This document shows positions 38,320-48,059 of a stretch of 64,000 nucleotides of DNA, piece by piece (the stretch's first letter is position 1; each line of letters opens with the position of its first letter). The translations under genes and the position numbers were made by a program. The notes under the pieces are model-generated. The model was not told the origin of the DNA, searched no databases, and saw only the letters and a program-made list of their open reading frames with translations. Source of the DNA: Mobula birostris (lineage: Eukaryota); assembly GCF_030028105.1 (NCBI RefSeq), contig NC_092376.1, positions 50,888,935 to 50,952,934 of the forward strand. Direction: 5' to 3'.

Positions 38320-38805
38320 GTGATGGAGATAAAAGGACAAATGATTCACGTACCTGAGTCCAACTCTGTCCTTTTCCTGGGCTCGCCATGTGTTGATAAA
38401 CTGGAGGAGTTAATGGGACGAGGTTTGCATCTTTCAGACATACCTATCCATGATGCCACTCGTGATGTTATTTTGCTGGGTGAGCAAGCCAAGGCCCAGG
38501 ATGGCCTGAAGAAGCGCATGGACAAGTTGAAAGCAACCCTTGAGAATGCACACCAAGCCTTAGAGGAAGAGAAAAAGAAGACAGTGGACTTGCTATATTC
38601 CATTTTCCCAGGTGATGTTGCCCAACAGCTGTGGCAAGTCAAATCTGTGCAGGCAAGAAAATTTGATGATGTTACCATGCTTTTCTCTGACATTGTTGGG
38701 TTCACAGCTGTTTGCGAACAGTGCACGCCAATGCAAGTGATCAGCATGCTGAATGAGCTGTACACCAGATTTGACTACCAATGTGGAATCCTGGATGTAT
38801 ACAAG
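38320..38805 (+). CDS. GUCY1A2: Soluble guanylate cyclase alpha-2 subunit, internal coding exon (PAS/HNOBA end, coiled coil, start of class III cyclase domain)
   Basis: Acceptor ttcttcttAG|GTG at 38319/38320 and donor AAG|GTAATT at 38805/38806. The 486 nt give 162 codons, phase 0/0: [16 protein letters not shown]...[12 protein letters not shown]...[21 protein letters not shown]...FSDIVGFT...[42 protein letters not shown] and SIFPGDVA are alpha-2-type rather than alpha-1-type. The metal-binding Asp codon is at 38689. Confidence 0.96.
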
Positions 38806-39074
38806 GTAATTGTATGGAACAGTGCTATTGCTGTGGAACTAAAAGGACTGGGGAATTAAATTAATACTTGACAGCACTTGAATTTAGGTTGTTAAAGATA
38901 AAACATGCCATTGAAAATTCAGTTACATCTCATGCAGCAAATATACATTCTTACATTTTTTACAGTAAGAATATTTAGTGAATACTGTACTCCATTTGCT
39001 CATCAGTTCATTGGTTTCTGATTTCACTTTGCAGAAGGTTGCAACAATCACTATGAACCACTTCTGCGTTTTCG

Positions 39075-39372
39075 TATACTTATCCACTAATGGGATGGGA
39101 ACGTTGCCTGCAATACTAGCATTTACTGTCTACCCTTAATTGGCTTGGATCATGAAGGAATAAGCCAAATGGGCCTGGAGTCACCTACAGACCTGACTGT
39201 GCAAGGATGGCAGGCGGAGAGTAGTGAATTAGATGGGTTTTTACTTCAGTCCAGCAGTTTCATGGTCATCATTTTTGAGACTGCATTTTTATTGATTTTC
39301 CAGATATTTTTATTCAAGTACTCCAGTTTAAAATACCCAACTACTGTGGTGGAATTCAGACTTGTATACCAA
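39075..39372 (-). mobile_element. Deu-domain SINE (SacSINE1-like)
   Basis: The reverse complement contains gaccatgaaactgctgga...aaaaacccatctaattcacta...ctgccatccttgcacagtcaggtctgtaggtgactccaggccc (Deu domain). The tail ...ggtagacagtaaatgctagta is related to the LINE end near 57620. Confidence 0.65.
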
Positions 39373-39377
39373 CATGC

Positions 39378-39530
39378 ACCATAAGACATAAGGGCAAAAT
39401 GAGGCCATTCTGCCCCTTGAGTCCACTCTGCCACTCATTCATGGCCGATCTATGATCCCTCGACCCCATTCATCTGCCTTCTCCCGGCCACTTTTGATGC
39501 CCTTACTAATCATGAACCTATCATCATATC
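39378..39530 (-). mobile_element. Short CR1 3' end
   Basis: accataagacataagggcaaaatgaggccattc matches the tail family at 5661 and 41101. Confidence 0.8.
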
Positions 39531-39679
39531 TCTGGATAATGAAACTGACTTCCGGCTGCTACTCTAGTGACTTAACCAGTCAACTTCGGTGTTCCATTTC
39601 TCTCTGTAAGTACATACGCATTTACTCGAGAAACTGCTGACTGTGACCCTCACCTTTAAGTTGTAGATTTATAGAGATA

Positions 39680-39960
39680 TGGAAGCACAGAGCAGAGAAA
39701 CAGATCCTCTGCCCTACTATGTTCATGCTGACCGTTTACACTATTCCTATATTCATCCCATTTGAAAATTCTCTTCAATTCTCATCAAGCTCAATGATTC
39801 ACTGGGGGAAATTTACAATGGGCAATCCACATGTCTTTGTGACGTAGGATTTTACTGGAACATTCAGGGAATTGTCATAGAAAGAACACGCAAGCTCCCA
39901 AGGCCAGGATTGAACCTGTCTCTGGTAAAGTGAGGCAGTAGGTCTACACACTGTGTCATC
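39680..39960 (-). mobile_element. V-SINE-like, old
   Basis: ggggaaatttacaatgggcaat...catgtctttg...gcaagctcc...aggccaggattgaacctg...gtgaggcag. Confidence 0.6.
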
Positions 39961-40567
39961 CATAAGTTATAACAAAGTACTCGGATTAATGATGGGGAGG
40001 AATAATAGCTACATTATTGTGTTTGGCTCACTCAGTGAAAGTTGAGCACACATTTATATTCTTGGAAAGCACACCTTGTCTGTATTTCAGCTTGTTAGTT
40101 TGAAGCTGACCAATTTGTTATGTTCCTGTCATCCTCCTGCCTTTACATGCAGTACCAGTGATCCTTTACACACAAAGAAAACATCCTTTGCTTTCTAAAC
40201 ACCGAGACTACTTTTAAATGATCCAACACTGTGTGTTTTATTTAAAGTAACATTAATATTGTTTGTTTTCATTCTGTACAGGTCTTTGAAGATATTTTCT
40301 AAATAATATTTGATACTTCAAAGTGAACCATTCATAATCCTTTTGCATGAATTCAGTAAACATAACTAGCCAAGTTGCCAGCTGCAAATTAAATTGTATT
40401 TGGCTTCATTTTCAGCACAGTCTTTGATTACCAAGTGCCAATTAAAGCTATGTTCCAATCAAATTTTGTAATGACATAATTAATGGCATAGTTCTATGGA
40501 TGCAGCTTGAATTTGGTGTCATAACTCTTATAAGCTTCATTTTAGAGTTTGAGTTTATTATAATAAA

Positions 40568-40885
40568 AGACCATAAGGCATAGGAACAGAATTAGGCTAT
40601 TCAGCCTATTGCGTCTGTTGTGCCATTCCGTCATGGCTGATTTATTATCTCTCCCAACCACATTCTCTGTAACCTTTGGCACCCTGACTAATCAGAACTA
40701 TCATCCTCTGCTTTCAATATACCCAATGATTTGGCCTCTACAGCGGTCTGTGGCAATGAATTCCACCAATTCACCACCTTCTGGCTGAAGAAATTATTCC
40801 TCGTCTCTGTTTTAAATTGACTTCCCTCTATTCTGAGGCTGTGCCCTCTGGTCTTAGACTCACCCACTATAGAAAACATCCCTTC
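40568..40885 (-). mobile_element. CR1 3' end (about 320 bp)
   Basis: MFSIVGESKTRGHSLRI...NFFSQKVVNWWNSLPQ; tail agaccataaggcatagg. Confidence 0.85.
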
Positions 40886-41100
40886 CTATGGTGGTGATTT
40901 TGATGTAAGTTGAATATATCCTAATTTTATGAAGTTTGATGGCATTCATCACAGACTATTGATTAACCTTGTCCTAGTTTGTATCCCCAAGAGGCAGGGC
41001 TTGTTGCCAGAGAATATAGCCATTGATAAAAAAAAAAGAGGTCAGGAATAACATAAAGAAAAAACAAAAAAAAATTATGAAGGCAAAATCAAGTGAAGAT

Positions 41101-44100
41101 CATACCATAAGACCATAAGACAAAGGAGCAGAAGTCAGCCATTCGGCCCATCGAGTCTGCTCCGCCATTTTATCATGAGCTGATCCATTCTCCCATTTAG
41201 TCCCACTCCCCCGCTTTCTCACCATAACCTTTGATGCCCTGGCTACTCAGATACCTATCAATCTCTCCCTTAAATACACCCAGTGACTTGGCCTCCACTG
41301 CCGCCCATGGCAACAAATTCCATAGATTCACCACCCTCTGGCTAAAAAAATTTCTTTGCATCTCTGTTCTGAATGGCCGCCCTTCAATCCTTAAGTCATG
41401 CCCTCTCATACTAGACTCCCCCATCATGGGAAACAACTTTGCCACATCCACTCTGTCCATGCCTTTCAACATTCAAAATGTTTCTATGAGGTCTCCCCTC
41501 ATTCTCCTAAACTCCAAGGAATACAGTCCAAGAGCGGACAAACGTTCCTCATATGTTAACCCTCTCATTCCCGGAATCATTCTAGTGAATCTTCTGTGTA
41601 CCCTCTCCAATGTCAGCACATCCTTTCTTAAATAAGGAGACTAAAACTGCCCACAGTACTCCAAGTGAGGTCTCACCAGCGCCTTATAGAGCCTCAAAAT
41701 CACATCCCTGCTCCTATACTCTATTCCTCTAGAAATGAATGCCAACATTGCATTCGCCTTCTTCACCACCGACTCAACCTGGAGGTTAACCTTAAGGGTA
41801 TCCTGTACGAGGACTCCCAAGTCCCGTTGCATCTCAGAACTTTGAATTCTCTCCCCATTTAAATAATAGTCTGCCCGTTTATTTCTTCTGCCAAAGTGCA
41901 TAACCATACACTTTCCAACATTGTATTTCATTTGCCACTTCTTTGCCCATTCTTCCAATCTATCCAAGTCTCTTTGCAGACTCTCTGTTTCCTCAGCACT
42001 ACCGGCCCCTCCACCTATCTTTGTATCATCAGCAAACTTAGCCACAAAGCCATCTATTCCATTATCCAAATCATTGATGTACAATGTAAAAAGAAGCAGC
42101 CCCAACACGGACCCCTGTGGAACACCACTGGTAACCGGCAGCCAACCAGAATAGGATCCCTTTATTACCACTCTCTGTTTCCTGCCAATCAGCCAACGCT
42201 CTATCCACATATGTAAATTTCCCATAATTCCATGGGCTCTTATCTTGTTAAGCAGCCTCATGTGTGGCACCTTGTCAAAGGCCTTCTGAAAATCCAAATA
42301 TACAACATCCACTACATCTCCCTTGTCTAGCCTACTTGTAATTTCCTCAAAAAATTGTAATAGGTTTGTAAGGCAGGATTTTCCTTTAAGGAATCCATGC
42401 TGAGTTCTGCCTATCTTGTCATATGCCTCCATGTACTCTGTAACCTCATCCTTGACAATCGACTCCAACAACTTCCCAACCACCGATATCAAGCTAACAG
42501 GTCTATAATTTTCTTTTTGCTTCCTTGCCCCCTTCTTAAATAGCGGAGTGACATTTGCAATCTTCCAGTCCTCCGGAACCATGCCAGAATCTATCGACTT
42601 TTGAAAGATCATCGCTAATGCCTCCGCAATCTCCACAGCTACTTCCTTCAGAACACGAGGGTGCATTCCATCTGGTCCGGGAGATTTATTTACCTTTAGA
42701 CTATTCAGCTTCCTGAGTGCTTTCTCTGTCGTAATTGTGACTGCGTGCACTTCTCTTCCCTGCCACCCTTGAGTGTCCGGTATACTGCTGATGTCTTCCT
42801 CAGTGAAGACTGATGCAAAATACTCGTTCATCTTTTCCCTCTTAATGACCTTCTTAGTTTCCTTTTGTAAGCTTTTAAAAACTTCCCAATCCTCTGTCTT
42901 CCCACTAATTTTTGCTTCCTTGTATGCCCTCTCCTTTGCATTAACTTAGGCTTTGACTCCTCTTGTCAGCCACGGTTGCATCCTTTTTCCATTTGAAAAT
43001 TTCTTCTTTTTTGGAATATACCTGTCTTGCACCTTCCTCACTTCTCGCATAAACTCCAGCCACTGCTGCTCTGCCGTCTTTCCCGCCAGTGTCCCTTTCC
43101 AGTCAACTCTGGCCAATTCCTCTCTCATGCCACTGTAATTTCCCTTACTCCACTGAAGTTTTCAAATTTCACAGTGAACTCAATCATGTTATGATCACTG
43201 CCTCCTAAGAGTTCCTTCACCTCAATCTCTCTAATCACCTCCGGTTCATTACACAATACCCAATCCAGTACAGCCGATCTCCTAGCGGGCTCAACAACAA
43301 GCTGTTCTAAAATGCCATCTCACAGACATTCTACAAATTCTCTCCCTTGAGATCCAGTGCCGACGTGATTTTCCCAATCCACTCGCATGTTAAAATCCCC
43401 CACAATTATCATAACGCTGTCCTTCTGACAAGCCTTTTCTATTTCCTGTTGTAATTTGTAGTTCACATCACTGCAGCTGTTTGGAGGCCTATAAATAACT
43501 GCCATCAGGGTCCTTTTACCCCTGCTGTTTCTTAGCTCAACCCATAAAGATTCTGCACCTTCCGATCCTATATCACCTCTTTCTAATGATTTAATATCAT
43601 TTCTTACCAGTAAAGCCACGCCTCCCCCTCTGCCTACCTTCCTATCCTTCCGATACACCGTGTATCCTTGGATGTTCATCTCCCAGAGACATGCATCCTT
43701 TACCCAGGTCTCAGTGATGGCCACAATATCATATCTGCCAATCTGTAGCTGTACAACAAGATCATCCACCTTATTTCTTATGCTGCGTGCATTTAAGTAC
43801 AACACCTTAAGACCAGTATTTGATACTTTTTGCTTTGATTTCACTGCAACTTTATTGCACTGCAACTCATCCCAGTGGCTACAAATTTGCCCCATCACCT
43901 GCCTGTCTTTCCTGATATCTTTACTGCTCACTATCTTAGATTTATTTCTGTTTTTCCCTTCCTCCACTCTATCATTCCGGTTCCCATCCCCCTGCCATAT
44001 TAGTTTAAACCCTCCCTAACAGCTCTATTAAACCTTTCCGCCAGGATATTTGTCCCCTTCGGGTTCAGGTGTAACCTGTCCTTTTTGAACAGGTCATACT

Positions 44101-45213
44101 TCCCCCAGAAGAGATCCCAATGATCCAAGAATCTGAAGCCCTGCCCCCTGCACCAGTCTCTCAGCCACGCATTCATCTGCCTGATCCGACTACTCTTGCC
44201 CTCGCTAGCATGTGGCACAGGTAGCAATCCTGAGATTACTACCCTGGAGGTCCTGCTTCTCAGCTTCCTTCCTAAATCCTGGAAATCTCTCTTCAGGACC
44301 TCCTCCCTTATCCTATCTATGTCATTGGTACCAACATGTACCAAGACAACTGGCTGCTTGCCCTCTCCCTTCAGAATATTCTGGACTCAATCCGAAACAT
44401 CCCGTACCCTGGCACCTGGGAGGCAACACACCATACGGGTATCTCTATCAGGCTCACAGAATCTCCTGTCCGTTCCCCTGACTATGGAATCCCCTATGAC
44501 TACCACATTCCTCTTCTCCCTCTTTCCCTCCTGCACAACAGTGCCAGGCTCAGTGCCAGAGACCCGGTCACCGTGGGCGTCCCCTGTCAGGTCATCCTCC
44601 TCAACAGCATCCAGAACAAGGCATTTGTTGCGGAGGGGGACAGCCACAGGTGTGCTCTCCACTATCTGGGCATTTTCCTTCCCTCTTCTGACAGTGACCC
44701 AGTTTTCTGACCCCTGTAGCCTAGGGATGACTATCTCCCTGTAGCTCCTGTCTATCACCTCTTCACTTTTCCTGATAAGCAGTAAGTCATCAAGCTGCAG
44801 CTGCAGATCCCTAACACGGTCTCTGAGGAGCTGCATCTCCGTGAACCTGGCGCAGATGTGGCCATCAGGGAGGCTGGAGGTCTCCCAGGATTCCCACATC
44901 TGACACCCTGAACAAAGCACTAACCCTGCAGGCATGCTATCTAATTCTACAGGAATGAAACAGGAAAAGTAAGTCTACTCACCCACTTACCTTGCCAAAC
45001 AGATGAACTTTTTAAACCGTTAGCTCATACCATTAGCTGTGTGAGCCCTGCTGTTCCTGTCTGTCTGGGCCGATTCACCAAGGGGGAATAAAAAGAGTCG
45101 GTGCTTCGCTCTTGCATCTTCCCGTTTACCGCTGAAGCCTGTTGAAGCCAAAGCCCTACACTCTGCTACCACTCAGTCCGCTGCCCGCTCCGACAGCTGC
45201 CCGCTGTATAAGG
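41101..45213 (-). mobile_element. Near full-length CR1 LINE: 5' UTR, ORF1 (Zn finger, coiled coil, SGNH esterase; 44000-44935) and ORF2 (APE-RT) with a few lesions
   Basis: ORF1 reads CSGCQMW...VVIGDSIVRG...CLPGA...HVGTND...DRLHLN. ORF2 reads LYLNARSIRNKVDDL...IYRPP...GDFN, with a 396-aa RT segment (DFQKAFDKVPH, GVPQGSVLG, FADDTK). Tail repeats ccataagaccataagac are at 41105-41121. Confidence 0.96.
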
Positions 45214-45598
45214 TGCAAAGAATAGCGGATGCAAAGAATACAACTACAAAGAATAGCAAAAAGTGTTAAAATGGTTGTTAAGAGCTACAAAGAGCATGGA
45301 AATCAATTTACAAGGCATAACATAATCAACACCAATACTTTTAAAAGGGAATCAAGAGCAAAACTTGTTCCTTAAATATGGATAGCTTCGACATCGTACG
45401 TTTAATATAAGAATATGGCCGGCACATAATATTAATTTGCATCAGTGCTTACATTAGAAGAAAAGGATGCCTTACGAGACATCCTAGGGTAGCTAATATC
45501 AAACAACAAGAATTCTGCAGGTGCTGGAAATTCAAGCAACACACATCAAAGTTGCTGGTGAACGCAGCAGGCCAGGCAGCATCTGTAGGAAGAGGTAC

Positions 45599-45634
45599 AG
45601 TCGACGTTTCAGGCCGAGACCCTTCGTCAGGACT
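45599..45634 (-). ncRNA. Minimal type I hammerhead ribozyme motif (canonical core)
   Basis: Minus strand AGUC-CUGACGA-AGGGUCUCGGCCU-GAAA-C-GUC^-GACU: helix I AGUC/GACU, both conserved boxes, a short helix II and a palindromic ACGU in place of helix III. Confidence 0.8.
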
Positions 45635-45679
45635 AACTGAAGGAAGAGTGAGTAAGGGATTTGAAATCCTCCTTCAGTT

Positions 45680-45715
45680 AGTCTTGACAAAGGGTCTCGG
45701 CCTGAAACGTTGACT
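45680..45715 (+). ncRNA. Minimal type I hammerhead ribozyme motif, U3/A8 core variant
   Basis: AGUC-UUGACAA-AGGGUCUCGGCCU-GAAA-C-GUU^-GACU. Confidence 0.6.
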
Positions 45716-46588
45716 GCACCTCTTCCTACAGATGCTGCCTGGCCTGCTGCGATCACCAGCAACTTTGATGTGTGTAGCTAATATCAAATCAGGGATAAAT
45801 GAAGCAAAAATAATGGAATGAAAAGTGATACTAAAAATTTCTATTCCAAGATTTTAACGGAGGTTAACATTCAAGATGCCCTATCCAGATTACAGAAGAT
45901 TGTCCCGATTCAAAAAATGTTCCTCTAAACTGGGAAACTGTACATATCATTTCATTATTTGCAAGAAGTGAGAGGGTGAAGTTGGAGAATAAAGACCCAA
46001 CTAGTCAGGCATCAGTGGTCCAGAAATTACTTGGATCTATAATTAAGGCAAGAGAGCCTGGACAACATGAAATTTACATCTCCCTTCTCTTAACTGCAAT
46101 CAAAGGAAGATCAAGCCTTCATTTTAAATCTTAGAACAATAAATGCAAATACATGGAGTTAGGTCATAGCTGAACCATGAACAACTAAGAAGCTTGGGTA
46201 GACGGCCTATTATTGCTCTGTTTTTCCTTTATATCTTCACAATGGTCAACATGAAATTACCATTTTGCCATTGGATTTACCTGTTTCATGCACAATCTCT
46301 GCTTTTCCAATCTGATGTATATATAATACAGAACTGCAAGAACATTGTCATCAAAAATAGCGGAGCAAGTAATTCATCAACCTGCTAAAATGAACAATAA
46401 TAAGATAAATCCAGTGAAAGCAAATGCATCGACTTTAGCATGAGAGCATGATGCAGGTACATTCAAATCAGTTAAGACTGCAATGTTCTACCCACAAGCA
46501 TTTGAGAACATGCCATGTAACTGGGAAAAAGAACTAGTTGTGTACCAGCCTGGCATGGTCACATTCCTAGAACTCAAACTTTCACCTG

Positions 46589-46797
46589 ACATAGAAACAT
46601 AGAAACATGGAAAACCTACAGCACATTACAGGCCCTTCGGCCCACAAATTTGTGCTGAACATGTCCCTACCTTAGAAATTACTAGGCTTACCTATAGCCC
46701 TCTATTTTACTAAGCTCCATGTACCTACCTAAATGTCTCTTAAAAGACCCTACCATATCCACCTCCACCACCGTTGCTGGCAGCCCATTCCACGCAC
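46589..46797 (-). mobile_element. Short 5'-truncated CR1 (about 210 bp)
   Basis: Tail (acatagaa)n; SAWNGLPATVVEVDMVGSFKRHL. Confidence 0.88.
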
Positions 46798-46871
46798 TAA
46801 GACATCTCAGATATTCACCATCAATATCTCCAGATGTGTCTGGCCCACCATCAGGATCTGCACACCAGATG

Positions 46872-47450
46872 TTTAAGTTCAATGTAAATTTATTATCAAG
46901 TTACTGAACATGTACTACCTAGAGATTCATTTTCTTGCAGGAAAAAAAAACAATCGAAATTTGCAAGAAAATATACCTAAACAAAGACTGACAAACAAGC
47001 AATGTGCAAAAGAAGGCAAACTGTGCAAACAAAAGATAATATTGAGAAGATGAGTTGTAAAGAGTCCTTAAAAGTTAGTCTGTAGGTCATAGAATCAGTT
47101 CATAGTAGTGCTGAATTAAGTTATCCACTCCTGTTCAGGAGCCAGATGTTTGTAGCGTAATAACTGTTCCTGGGGTGGAACCTAAGGCTTCTGTATTTCC
47201 TGTCTGATGGTAGTAGCTGGAGGAGGTCAAGGCCTGGGTAGTGGGAGTATTCGACGATAGATGTGCCTTTTTATGGCAGCGCTCAGTGTATGGACTGGGC
47301 TTTATCCATTACTTTCTGTAGTTTTTTCCATTCCTGGGCATTGGTGTTTCCATGATGCAGCCAGTTGGGATACTCTCCATTGTGCATCTGTAAAAATTTG
47401 TCAAAGTTTTTGGTGACATGACAAATCTACACAATCCTCAAAGAAAACGA
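46872..47450 (-). mobile_element. Rex1/Babar-like 3' fragment
   Basis: Tail ttcaatgtaaatttattatcaa. gatactctccattgtgcatctgtaaaaatttgtcaaagtttttggtgacat corresponds to MSPKTLTNFYRCTMESI. Confidence 0.75.
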
Positions 47451-48059
47451 GCAGTGGCATTCAGTTAGGAGACTGGTGTAGGTGCTGGCAAAATTGATGC
47501 TGCATTCCCTTAATTCCCATTGTAACACATAAAAGATGGGCAAGGACATCTCCTGCACAATATCACCTACCACTGTTCCTTAATTGATGGATCTGTAACT
47601 GAAACATATTTACAAATTACTATGATGAATAAATTAATGGCCAAGTCGTGAGTCAAATATCTGGAAGATGTCTTCACTGCAGCAAACAATGGAGGGAACC
47701 AGGGGTCTTATGGAGAGGGAAACTGAAATTAATTAATATCATTAAAGAGAACATAGTATAGAAATTGAAGAAATTCTGTGGACTTAATAAACTGTGTCTC
47801 GGGGTTCTAAGAGAGTTGGTTACTGAGATAGCAGATGAGCTGATGATCAGCCAAAACTTTCTGAATCTTGAAGTCCCAGCAGATTGATGAAACACTTACT
47901 ATTGAACAGTTATTTTCCTAATTTTCAAGTATTATTGGCCTTTAACATATAGTTTAAATTGATTATTAACACCTGGGGTATGTATTATAATTGGTATTTA
48001 AATATGTAGATGATGGGAATCAGAAATGCACAAAATTTCTATTGGATCAATATTTTGTA

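Larger units (their letters stand above)
45504..45773. mobile_element. Penelope-derived fold-back element (106-bp inverted arms) flanked by a 15-bp direct repeat
   Basis: Arms 45539-45644 and 45670-45775 differ at 5 positions. GTAGCTAATATCAAA occurs at 45489-45503 and 45774-45788. The arms match the 3' terminal region of the GIY-YIG Penelope at 56159-56792. Confidence 0.92.

Noticed and set aside
38346-38765. 139-aa antisense ORF over the exon, and other antisense ORFs over CR1/Rex elements (e.g. 7193-7714, 44196-44744, 56401-56889)
   Set aside because: These are shadow frames of coding or low-complexity sequence with no independent protein signature.
38806-38859. ORF-track extension [17 protein letters not shown], and the upstream extension of ORF 52668-52748
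   Set aside because: Both are read-through into intron beyond canonical splice sites.
45214-45260. Short spaced direct repeats (also 51948-52015) considered as CRISPR-like
   Set aside because: There are only two or three very short units with tiny spacers, no cas genes, and the context is a vertebrate intron.
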